64,000 nt of DNA from Candidatus Woesebacteria bacterium (lineage in GTDB: Bacteria > Patescibacteriota > Microgenomatia > UBA1400 > UBA1396). The number at the start of each line of letters is the position of its first letter. Positions within the stretch are counted from its first letter, which is position 1. The DNA lies in NCBI GenBank assembly GCA_021208605.1, contig JAJOJK010000018.1, forward strand, positions 4,780-68,779, in the 5' to 3' direction. The translations under genes were made by a program, and so were the position numbers. Shown here piece after piece: positions 29,995 to 41,507 of this stretch. The notes beneath the pieces are model-generated. The model was not told the DNA's origin, ran no database searches, and saw nothing but the letters and a program-made list of their open reading frames with translations.

Positions 29995-32900
29995 TTACTC
30001 CTTATCCTCAGCTTCTTCATCTTCGTCGAACGCTTCCGGTTCCTCATCCTCCTCGTAGGAGTCGTCATCAGTGTCGGGAGCGTCTTCTCCAGTCTCTTCG
30101 TCATCCAAAATGATGGTTTCGTCGTCGACAGCTGGAGCCGCTTCTTCTTCCTCTTCGGTGACTTGGGCTTCACGCATCTCGACCTGGAGACCGAGAGAGT
30201 TCAACTCACGCACCAACACGCGGAAGGATTCTGGAACGGCTGGTTCCGGAATCGGCTTGCCAGACACGATGGCTTCGAAGGCCTTCGAGCGACCAACCAC
30301 GTCGTCAGACTTGATCGTCAACATTTCTTGGAGCGTATGTGCTGCCTGGTGTGCTTCAAGAGCCCAGACTTCCATTTCTCCGAGACGCTGTCCACCCATC
30401 TGGGCTTTACCACCGAGCGGCTGCTGGGTGACCAGAGAGTACGGACCAGTAGAACGAGCGTGCGTCTTGTCCTCGACCATGTGGACGAGTTTCAAGATGT
30501 AGCCGATACCAACCACAGTCTCTTCACCACAAGCTTCACCAGTACGACCATCGTACAACTGGGCTTTACCAGATTTTGGCAAACCAGCACGATCAAGTTC
30601 GTTCCAGATCTTGTCTTCTTCGAACTCTTCAAAGACTGGGACGGCGACCTTGTACCCAAGTTCGCGAGCGGCCCAACCCAAGTGAGCTTCGAGCAGCTGA
30701 CCCATGTTCATACGAGCCAAGACGGACAGTGGAGAAATAATAATATCCACTGGAGTACCATCAGCCATGTGAGGCATGTCTTCAACTGGAACAATCTTGG
30801 AAATAACACCCTTGTTACCGTGACGACCAGCCACCTTGTCACCAATCATGATCTTACGCAGCTGAGCTACGTGCACAATCACCTTCATGTTGACACCGGT
30901 TTCGAGTTCATCACCCTTTGCGCGATCCAAAATGTTCACACCGATAACAGTTCCGGCTTCACCATTTGGCATACGCAGGGAAGTGTCACGCACTTCACGA
31001 GCCTTTTCACCAAAGATGGCGCGGAGGAGGCGTTCTTCTGCAGTCAGTTCGGTTTCGCCCTTAGGAGCGATCTTACCGACCAAGATGTCACCAGCCTGAA
31101 CTTGTGAACCAACGGCCACGATACCAGCTTCGTCGAGGTGACGAAGCTCAGCTTCGGAAACGTTTGGAATATCACGAGTGAGTTCTTCCGGTCCGAGTTT
31201 GGTATCCATGACTTGGGCTTCGTACTCACTGATGTGAACAGAGCTGAGCAAGTCATCCTTCACCAAACGGTTAGAGATAATAATGGCGTCTTCGTATCCG
31301 AGTCCATCGAAGGAAGTGTAGGCAATAACCAAGTTTTGACCGAGAGCCAACTCACCGTTTTCGGCAGCCGGACCGTCAATCAGAAGGTCACCCTTGGCGA
31401 TCTTTTGACCAACCTTCACCACCGCACGCTGACTGTAACAGGTGCTTTGTGAAGTGCGCACAAACGTACGCAAGCTGTAGGTCAAATCCTGGCCCATAAT
31501 GGATACATTCTGGGAGTGACGCTCTTCAATGTGCTTGTCAGCTAACTCGGCATCCTTCTTGCTCAAACGCAACACAATCTTCTGGGCATCAACATAGGTG
31601 ACTTCACCTGGATACTCAGCGTAAATCGTGTGGCCCATAGCCTTGGCGATATCTCGCTCCATACCGGTACCGACAACTGGAGCTTGGGCGCCAATCAGCG
31701 GAACAGCCTGACATTGCATGTGAGATCCCATGAGAGCACGGTTGGCTTCGTCATGAGAAATGAACGGAATCAAAGAAGCGGAAGTACCCACCACCTGGCG
31801 TGGCACAACGTCAATGTACTGCACTTGCTCCGCTGGACCTTCGATAAATTCGTTGGCGTGGCGCATTGGAATCCATTCCTCAGCGATGTAGCCTTTTTCA
31901 TCGATCTCGATGCTGGAGTGAGTAATGTACAAATCTTCTTCGTCATCAGCCTGGAGGTAGACGACTTCGTCAGTCACCTTCATCTTGCCGTTGTCCTCGA
32001 CGACTTTTCGATACGGAGCTTCCAAGAAACCGTACTCATTGACGCGAGCATAGAGGGAAGATAGGTCACCAAACCAATATTTGGACCTTCTGGAGAGCGG
32101 ACCGGGTCAATACGAGAGTATTGAGAGGCATTAATGTCACGCATGGAGAAAGAGGCGCGCTCACGAGTCACACCACCGGTACCCATCACAGAAAGACGAC
32201 GTAAGTTGTCGACTTCAGACAGCGGGTTGGTCTGGTCCAAAATAGCGGACAGACGGTTACGGCGGAAGAACTCGGACACAGTCGCAATCAGCGGACGAGC
32301 GTTGATCAAAGAAGCTGGAGAGAGTTCTTCAGTGGTCTTAGCGAGAGACATCTTTTCACGAATGGAACGCTCTAAACGGAGCAAACCAACGCGGAAAGCC
32401 ACAGTCTGGACGAGTTCACCAACACGGCGAACACGACGGTTAGACAAGTGGTCAATGTCATCAACTTTACCAACACCGTTTTGCAACTTAATCAAGTACT
32501 TGAAAGCGGCCACGATGTCTTCTTTGGTTAAGACAGAGTTTTCTTTGGTATTGGGAACATTCAGATCTAAGCGACGGTTCACTTTGTAGCGACCGACTTT
32601 GCTCAAGTCGTAGCGACGAGGGTTGAAGAACAAGTCCTTCAAGAGTTCTTCGGCGCTTTCCAAAACAGCTGGCTCACCTGGGCGAATCTTTTCGTAGAGC
32701 TCGATGAGGGCTTCATTTTGTGATTTAGTAGGATCTTTTTCGATCGTGTTTGCAATGTAGTGCACGTCTTCGTTGATATCGACGTCCTTGAACATTTCCA
32801 GCAGTTCTTCGTCAGAAGCGTAACCAAGGGCACGCAGCAAGACGGTAGCTGGCACTTTGCGATGACGGTCAATCTTGACAGTCAAGATGTCGCGACGACT

Positions 32901-33413
32901 GGTAGCGACTTCAAGCCAAGAACCACGCATTGGACGAAGTTCGGCTCGGTACAACATACGACCCGTACGTGGATCGCTTTCACCAGAGAAGAAGATACCA
33001 GGGGAACGAACCAACTGGTTCACCACACAACGATCGACACCGTTGATCACGAAGGTACCGGTTTCAGTCATCAAAGGCAAGTCAGCCATGAAAACTTCTT
33101 GGACGTTGGTTTCTTCGGTGCGGAGGTTAGTGAGTTTTACTTCTGTGCGTAAAGGAGCATCGTAGGTCAAACCTTTTCGACGAGCTTCTTCTGGAGTCAG
33201 TTTGGGAGTTCCCAAAAAGTGGTTTCCGAACTCGAGTTTCCAGTTTTTCCCGGTAAAGTCGAGGATACCGCCGTTTTCGTTAATTTCGGCAAAAGCTTCT
33301 TGGACACCGTTGTCCAAGAAATCTTGGTAGGATTCCGTTTGTACTTGAATAAGGTCAACTTCAGGAAGAACGTTCTCAACGCTTCCCCAGTTCTGACGTG
33401 CTGGCTTGCTCAT
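29995..33413 (-). CDS. rpoB: RNA polymerase beta subunit (one -1 frameshift near 32058, probably an assembly error)
   Basis: QLVRSPG, SPEGPNIGL, GDKVAGRHGNKG, GGQRLGEMEVWAL; one extra T restores VTYLSLYARVNEYGFLE. Confidence 0.97.
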
Positions 33414-33940
33414 AACCCATTGTCCTTTACTGTTTTCGGTTTTTTTCGTTTATTTCTGAGGCTCTCACCTCAGGGATGACGCTTGCTGTCACCAAGAGCG
33501 TTTCCTCCGTGGCATGTGTATATAAAGAAAGACGCAAAAATTCACCTGCTCCTCAACAGAGAGGTGAAAATGTATTCATTTTTTAGCGACTTTGGTTATA
33601 TACGGACAATGTTTCTCCAGAAACGTGGCTTGCGTTACGAACGTGCATTGTATCGCACAATAGGCATAATCTCAACATACAGTTTTAGCGGTTTCAAAAG
33701 AAGCATTTTTCTTCACCAGTGCAGATATTCTTTCTCATAAAAAAGTCCTCGTTTACAGTTTGGGCTTATGGATCGGAAAAATACAATGGAAGTATTATCG
33801 AATCATTTTCTTCGGTCATTAGGTGGTCCTATCGCGACGAGAGAAAAATGAAAATTATCAAACAAGGAGTCATCTTTCGCATGTTGGGCTTATGGATCCG
33901 AGAGATAAATGTGGAAATGGATTGACGAGGATCCATACGA

Positions 33941-33988
33941 GTCCCGCCCGGGGAAGCTTCTCTTGTGAAGCAACCAAGAGGCGGGACG
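33941..33988. other. GC-rich stem-loop downstream of groEL without a U tract
   Basis: GTCCCGCC...GGCGGGAC enclosing GCTTC-TCTTGT-GAAGC. Confidence 0.45.
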
Positions 33989-34014
33989 TCCAACTTGCGA
34001 AGGATGACTCCGAC

Positions 34015-35986
<1,972 letters not shown>

Positions 35987-36011
35987 GCGACCTCCTTGTT
36001 TTTGTACTGTT

Positions 36012-36066
36012 TTATCAGTGATGTGTGATAAGCGCTAATATAAAAAGACTGCTAAGGTTTCGTCAA
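36012..36066 (-). promoter_or_regulatory. groESL promoter with candidate operator
   Basis: TTGACG-18 bp-TATATT; CIRCE-like half site TTAGCAGTC in the spacer; TTATCA-N8-TGATAA palindrome downstream. Confidence 0.55.
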
Positions 36067-36157
36067 GGGGGAGTTGCGTCCTATAAAGCTCGACAGAGAT
36101 CTTCTCTGGGAATACAATATCAGAAAATATCAAATGTTACCAATTTGAGAAACATAC

Positions 36158-36640
36158 ATGAAAAAAAACAAACATCACGATGCTGAAGTTCGCGCCGCAG
36201 TGAGGAGAGTTGCTCAGGAAACAAAAAAAATTCACCTTACCGGCGATAATAACCTCTCGACAGACGCATATATTGAAGGAAGCAAATGGGCGCTGTCTCC
36301 AGAAGTGCAAGCACACTTTGAAGCCATGAACTCAAATAATTTTCTCACGGTTATCACCACTGTCACGCTGTATGACAAAACTGGAAAATCAGGCCATCTG
36401 GACTACCTCACACCAACTGGATTTCAAGGTGTATTTCGGTTTGAGCTCGATATGTATCCAGAAGTTTATCCAGGGATAGAACACTTTCAGGTCGGGGAAG
36501 TTATTCGACTGACGCTCCGCTCTTCAAAAATTCGTCGTGTCGAAAAGGTAGCAATGACAGCAGAGGAAACGGAAGCTCTGATGGCATTTCTGGAAATAAA
36601 GTTTCGCGCTCGTCGCGAAAAACAAAAGCGGAATAGGTAA
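36158..36640 (+). CDS. Hypothetical protein (low GC)
   Basis: 160-aa ORF with upstream TACAAT; no recognised motif. Confidence 0.6.
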   Translation: MKKNKHHDAEVRAAVRRVAQETKKIHLTGDNNLSTDAYIEGSKWALSPEVQAHFEAMNSNNFLTVITTVTLYDKTGKSGHLDYLTPTGFQGVFRFELDMYPEVYPGIEHFQVGEVIRLTLRSSKIRRVEKVAMTAEETEALMAFLEIKFRARREKQKRNR

Positions 36641-36652
36641 GACAGGTTATGG

Positions 36653-36865
36653 CTATCGAATAACTCGATACTCAACCGGACACCCAGACCAAACAGTCGG
36701 TAAACCATGCATTTCAGTCAGATGATGAGATAGGTAGATATATACAGTGCGCGATTCACTGGCGGCAGGCCATTCACTCACAGCATACTTAAAAACATCT
36801 TTTGTCCGTTGATTAGCTCGCAAGTTTTTTTCCAAAGTAACTAAGTTTACTGGGCGTTCTGACAT
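36653..36865 (-). CDS. Small hypothetical protein
   Basis: 70-aa ORF MSERPVNL.., convergent with the previous ORF, upstream TACAAT. Confidence 0.4.
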   Translation of the reverse strand: MSERPVNLVTLEKNLRANQRTKDVFKYAVSEWPAASESRTVYIYLSHHLTEMHGLPTVWSGCPVEYRVIR

Positions 36866-36947
36866 TTTTCTTTCCAATATTATTATTGAGCGATTGTATC
36901 AGTAAAAACAATGAATACAAGACTATAAAGAAAAATACTGCATCGAT

Positions 36948-37116
36948 TCGGTGGGGCGGGATTTCCCCGCTTCGGCTACGGCTCCGAAAATCACACCGTG
37001 GTGCCAATACGTATCGGTGGGCGGGATTCACGACTCGCTCCTTCGTCGCTCCCTGCACTAGGGTTGTTCGCTACGCTCACCCCGTCGCGAACCCGGCGAC
37101 TCCTCAACTCCACCCA
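36948..37116 (-). repeat. Structured element with two degenerate tRNA 3'-end-like copies
   Basis: AATCCCGCCC(C)ACCGA at 36948-36963 and 37014-37028; shares AATCCCGCCC with the tRNA-Cys T arm. Confidence 0.55.
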
Positions 37117-37123
37117 TGCATAT

Positions 37124-37158
37124 AAAAAAGGCGAGCACATACTGTGCTCGCCTTTTTT
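37124..37158. terminator. Bidirectional terminator after tRNA-Cys
   Basis: AAAAAAGGCGAGCACA-TAC-TGTGCTCGCCTTTTTT. Confidence 0.9.
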
Positions 37159-37162
37159 ATTG

Positions 37163-37237
37163 AGCCACGGGCGGGATTCGAACCCGCGAATCGAAGGTTT
37201 TGCAGACCTCGCCATTAGACCTCTCTGGTACCGTGGC
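37163..37237 (-). tRNA. tRNA-Cys(GCA), CCA not encoded
   Basis: GCCACGG/CCGTGGC acceptor stem, anticodon arm GAGGT-CTGCAAA-ACCTT, GCGGG-TTCGAAT-CCCGC T arm, U73 discriminator. Confidence 0.95.
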
Positions 37238-37289
37238 ATACTCCTTGGCAGAGTGGGCATCATTATACCCTAGAGGAGAATGCGCGTAA

Positions 37290-38093
37290 TCAGGTATTTT
37301 GGGCGAGAAGGTGGTCGACAAACTGGGCGATGCCGTCGTCGTCGGTGTCTTCGATCGTGAAATCGGCGATCGCTTTGAGTTCAGGAATGGCATTGCCCAT
37401 GGCGACTCCGGTGCCCACATACTCCAAGACTTCGAGATCGTTTTCACTGTCGCCAAAAGCTGCGGTTTCCGCCAGATCCACACCGACTGCTTTCGCCCAG
37501 GCTTGAGCCCCTTCACGCTTGGTAATGCCAATTGGCGTCACATCGTAGTACGGCATGCCGAGAGAGTTGGTCATCGACTTAACCTCTACATCCTCGAGCG
37601 ATTCCATGTAGGCATGGACTGACTCGTTGAGTGAACCGATGGTCAACAACGGAGTAGTCCAGTCTTCGAGCTCATAGACATCAATCGTCTCGACTGGCCA
37701 GCGCTGTGTTCGCTTGTACTCCAAGACATTGGGTGTTCCGGCATACAGCGTGCGCTGGCTAAAACCAAAGTCCGCGCCAAGAGCATGCACTTTTTCGGCG
37801 ATTGTGTGCACGAGTTCACTTGGCAAAACTTTTTCCCACACCACTTCACCGGACATACGGACTACCTGCGCACCACCCGAGGTAATATGGATACTGTCAT
37901 CAGGAAAGAGCGGTAAAATCGCTTGCTTCAGCTCAGCGTAACTCCGGCCGGTGCAGACCGCTATTTCGTAGCCAGCAGCGGCGAGTTTTTTCAGCGCTGC
38001 TCGGGTGACCGGGCGAATTTCCCCTTTGCTATCGGACAGTGTCCGATCCACATCAAACAAACACGCTTTCGGAAAGTGTGACAAATCTTGCAA
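37290..38093 (-). CDS. Cof-type HAD-IIB hydrolase
   Basis: FDVDRTL, CTGR, K motif, AFGDSENDLEVL..GVAMGNA. Confidence 0.93.
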   Translation of the reverse strand: MQDLSHFPKACLFDVDRTLSDSKGEIRPVTRAALKKLAAAGYEIAVCTGRSYAELKQAILPLFPDDSIHITSGGAQVVRMSGEVVWEKVLPSELVHTIAEKVHALGADFGFSQRTLYAGTPNVLEYKRTQRWPVETIDVYELEDWTTPLLTIGSLNESVHAYMESLEDVEVKSMTNSLGMPYYDVTPIGITKREGAQAWAKAVGVDLAETAAFGDSENDLEVLEYVGTGVAMGNAIPELKAIADFTIEDTDDDGIAQFVDHLLAQNT

Positions 38094-38101
38094 AATACTC
38101 C

Positions 38102-39253
38102 TTACTGATCTTTTTGGAGAATGTTCGACTGAATCGAGTGCATCAACTGATGCTTCTCGGCATGCGCGGCTTCGGCGTGGTTCACTAAGTGCTGCACCAA
38201 TTCGCTGTAGGATTTCCCGGTAGCTTCCCAGAGGTAATAGGCCATGGAACCTGGCGGGGCATTTACTTCTCCTACCCAGATTTCTTCGCTGGAGGGATTG
38301 GCAAAGAAGTCAATTCTTGCTACGCCCTTGCCGTTGAGCAGTTTCCAAATTTGGCGAGTAGTGTCATGTAATTTTTCTTCCAAATCTGGCGAAATTGGGG
38401 CCGGAATTCGGCGCGACAAACTGGCCATACCTTTAGTGCCACCTTTTTTCCCGCCGCCTCGCTCATATTTATCGGCGTAGCTCAGGAACTCATCAGTTTG
38501 AATTGGTTGCTCAGTGGTAGAAACTTCGGTAGAGTCACCGGTGCCAATCACGGACACGTTGACTTCAATACAGTCACGGGCCGCTTCTTCCACAATAAGA
38601 CGGGTATCAAACTCAGCTGCCAGATCAATAGCGTTGCGGAGTTCTTGTTCGTTAGCCGCGCGCGTCACGCCAACGCTTGAACCGAGCGTAGCTGGCTTTA
38701 CAAACAACGGGTACTCCAGGCTAGTTTCCACTCGCTCGAGCATCTCTTTGCGCGTTTCCAGCCATTCCTGGCGGGTAAACCAGACATATTTGGTGACCGG
38801 CACTCCGGCCGCTTCCATCACGTGCTTGAACACCAGCTTGTCGATCGACACCGCCGCCGCCACTACTCCTGGTGCGGCAAAAGGAATATCGGCCAACTCA
38901 AACAAACCAGCCAGCGTGCCATCCTCGCCATGACCACCGTGCGTACAAAAGATCGCTACGTCGATGCCGTGCTCTTCTGTAGGATCCGGCGAAAACTGAA
39001 TGCGGTGCAAGGCATCCGTTGTTTCGGCGGGATTCATGAGGTCGAGGGTTTTGTAAAAATTGATGTCGAGTAACTCTGAACCCGTCCACCATCGACCCTG
39101 TTTGTCGATATAGAGTGGTACGACTTCAAATTCATCGGTCGGCACATGCTGCATCATCTGGACAGCCGTAATAATGGACACTTCGTGTTCCACCGAGCGG
39201 GAGCCAAAAACGACTCCGAGGCGTTTTTTGTGAGCAGGTGTCTTGCTAGTCAT
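38102..39253 (-). CDS. ddl: D-alanine--D-alanine ligase
   Basis: FGSRSVEHEVS, HGGHGEDG, VKPATLGSSVGV, YADKY omega loop, EVN.PPG. Confidence 0.95.
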   Translation of the reverse strand: MTSKTPAHKKRLGVVFGSRSVEHEVSIITAVQMMQHVPTDEFEVVPLYIDKQGRWWTGSELLDINFYKTLDLMNPAETTDALHRIQFSPDPTEEHGIDVAIFCTHGGHGEDGTLAGLFELADIPFAAPGVVAAAVSIDKLVFKHVMEAAGVPVTKYVWFTRQEWLETRKEMLERVETSLEYPLFVKPATLGSSVGVTRAANEQELRNAIDLAAEFDTRLIVEEAARDCIEVNVSVIGTGDSTEVSTTEQPIQTDEFLSYADKYERGGGKKGGTKGMASLSRRIPAPISPDLEEKLHDTTRQIWKLLNGKGVARIDFFANPSSEEIWVGEVNAPPGSMAYYLWEATGKSYSELVQHLVNHAEAAHAEKHQLMHSIQSNILQKDQ

Positions 39254-39353
39254 GTCGGTCTCACTTTCTGTATCTCGTTGAGTCAGTATAGCACTGTGTG
39301 ATACGCTGAGATCTCAGGGACCGTCCCTTAGGCCTATAACCAGGAAGGATCGC

Positions 39354-40279
39354 ATGTCACATCGCAGCATTTTCAAAGTCGCCATCGTCGGCTGTGGTCG
39401 TGTTGGAATGACGGCCGCCTACTCCATCATCACGAGTGGCTTGGCTACTGACTTGGTTTTAGTAGGCCGCGACAAAGCCAAACTCGAAGGCGAAAAACTC
39501 GACCTCGAACACGCTCTCCCCTTTTACCAGACGTCAATATTGTCGCGACCGATGACTACGCCGACCTCCAAGGCACCGATGTCGTCATCTTTGCCGCCGG
39601 CGCCGCCCAAGAACCAGGCGAAACACGCCTCGATCTGGCCAAAAAGAACCTTGCGCTCGTGGATGCTCTCGTCCCCAAAATCCTCGAACACGCTCCGCAC
39701 ACCGTCCTCTTGATGGTCACCAACCCGGTCGATGTGCTCACGAATCGCGCCAACGAAATTTCTGGCAAATATAATGGCAGAGTTTTTGGATCGGGCACGC
39801 TCCTCGACACCGCTCGCTTCCGCTTCTACCTTTCCGAATTTTTAGACGTCAACCCAAGGAGTATCCACACCTACATTTTGGGTGAACATGGCGACTCTTC
39901 TTTTCCTGCTCTGTCTGGAGCCACTCTCGGCGGTGCAAAACTAACGGAGCTCCCAGCTTTCTCGCACGAAAAAGCCATGCAGTCATTTGAACAGGCTCGG
40001 AGTGCCGCCTATCGCATCATTGAAGGCAAAGGCGCCACGTACTACGCCATAGGGACCGTCCTTACGCAGATAGTGAAATCCATTCAGCGCGACGCCCGTA
40101 CCGTTATGCCGGTTTCACACCCCCTAAAAGATTTTTATGGCGTCAGCGACGTCTCTTTGAGCGTGCCCTGTATTATTGGTCGACGGGGTATCGAGAAAGT
40201 CATGCCTGTTCAACTGGATGAAGCCGAAATCGAACAGCTCCATGCCTCAGCTGAGGCCGTGCGTGCCTATCAACAATAA
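39354..40279 (+). CDS. ldh: L-lactate dehydrogenase (one -1 frameshift near 39527)
   Basis: GCGRVG; repaired frame gives AGAAQEPGETRLDL (Gln = lactate specificity), NPVD, GTLLDTARFR, GEHGDS, KGATYYAIG. Confidence 0.92.
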
Positions 40280-40333
40280 CTGCACAATATGTGTATACTA
40301 TAAAGAACGAAAAAGAAATTACTTGGAGGAAAT

Positions 40334-40657
40334 ATGTTTCGCTCACCGTTAGTTCTGCCCCTAACGCTCATCTTTGCCGGCGTGTTGGCTTTTATGGCCA
40401 CCACAGGTGTTTTGCCACCCACCGTGCTGCGCTTTTGGCCGATTGTCTTTGTTATTCTCGGTTTAGTCGGTTTGGTCTCACTCAGTTCTGAGGAGTTAAC
40501 TGGCCAAACAACCACGACCAGCAAGAAAACTTCCAGCTCCAGCAGCGCTTCCAAATCTGCTCCAGCCAAGAAATCTGCTGCAAAGACAGCTTCTAAGAGC
40601 ACCTCGAGCAAGAGCAAATCTTCCAGCAAGAAGAAAACCACTTCTAAGAAGAAATAA
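40334..40657 (+). CDS. Small two-TM membrane protein (LiaF/DUF5668-like N terminus) with Lys/Ser-rich tail
   Basis: Two hydrophobic helices, RFWPIVFVILGL motif, GGAGG SD. Confidence 0.75.
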   Translation: MFRSPLVLPLTLIFAGVLAFMATTGVLPPTVLRFWPIVFVILGLVGLVSLSSEELTGQTTTTSKKTSSSSSASKSAPAKKSAAKTASKSTSSKSKSSSKKKTTSKKK

Positions 40658-40663
40658 ACTCTC

Positions 40664-41368
40664 ATGCCAGAATCTTTTCAAATTGCAATTGATGGCCCAG
40701 TGGCGGTCGGGAAAAGCACTATCGCGCGAATTCTGGCGCAGCGATTAGGATTCCTCTACGTCGATACCGGTGCAATGTATCGCGCCACTGGCCTCTTAGC
40801 TTTACGCGAAGGGGTAGATGTTGAAGACGGTGAAGCCGTCGCCACACTCCTTCGTACACACAACATTACACTCGCCACTCCGCAAGGCCAGCAAAATGAT
40901 GGTCGAAAAATCACAGTGTATCTCGATGACGAAGACGTTTCCTGGGAAATCCGCACTGAAAAAGTCAGCACGGCTTCTTCGAAAGTTTCCCAACATGCCG
41001 TGGTTCGCCAGCAACTGGTCCCCCTTCAACAGGAAATTGCCAGCAAACAAAACGTCGTCATGGAAGGTCGCGACATTACCTTTCGTGTTCTGCCAGATGC
41101 CCAGCTCAAGATCTTCTTAACCGCCAGCGAAGAGAAACGCGCGGGTTGGCGTCACCAAGAAGTGATGGCGCGTGGTGAAGATATTTCCCTGGAGCAGATC
41201 AAGAAAGATCTGAAAGAGCGCGATGACCGCGACATGAATCGCGATGTTGATCCACTCCATGTTACTGACGACGCCTGGATGTTTGATCGTTCCGACTTCA
41301 CACTCGACGAAGCGATTGACGAGATCGAAACACGCGCGAGGAAACTATGGCACAAAAACGAAACGTAA
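40664..41368 (+). CDS. cmk: Cytidylate kinase
   Basis: IAIDGPVAVGKST, DTGAMYRA, VMEGRDI, RDDRD. Confidence 0.96.
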   Translation: MPESFQIAIDGPVAVGKSTIARILAQRLGFLYVDTGAMYRATGLLALREGVDVEDGEAVATLLRTHNITLATPQGQQNDGRKITVYLDDEDVSWEIRTEKVSTASSKVSQHAVVRQQLVPLQQEIASKQNVVMEGRDITFRVLPDAQLKIFLTASEEKRAGWRHQEVMARGEDISLEQIKKDLKERDDRDMNRDVDPLHVTDDAWMFDRSDFTLDEAIDEIETRARKLWHKNET

Positions 41369-41466
41369 AGCCCAAAGAAGAACGTCGCAAACGTGGACGT
41401 TGGGTACTGCCTGTTCTGTTAGCCGTGAGCGTTTTGGCTTCACTCTATTTCTGGTTTTTAGGCTAA
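41347..41466 (+). CDS. 39-aa basic, single-TM small protein
   Basis: MAQKRNVKPKEERRKRGRWVLPVLLAVSVLASLYFWFLG; GAGG SD; overlaps the cmk 3' end. Confidence 0.65.
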   Translation: MAQKRNVKPKEERRKRGRWVLPVLLAVSVLASLYFWFLG

Positions 41467-41507
41467 TTTTTTAATTCACTTCACGAAAAATGCAGAATCG
41501 CGCCTCA

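Noticed and set aside
26238-33413. Naturally split rpoB/rpoC as in archaea or cyanobacteria
   Set aside because: The breaks are single-base deletions with off-frame tails and no separate initiation signals; assembly error is more likely.
38102-40279. ddl plus lactate dehydrogenase as a VanA/VanH-like resistance pair
   Set aside because: The dehydrogenase is L-LDH family, Ddl keeps the omega-loop Tyr (DKY), and there is no vanX, vanR or vanS.
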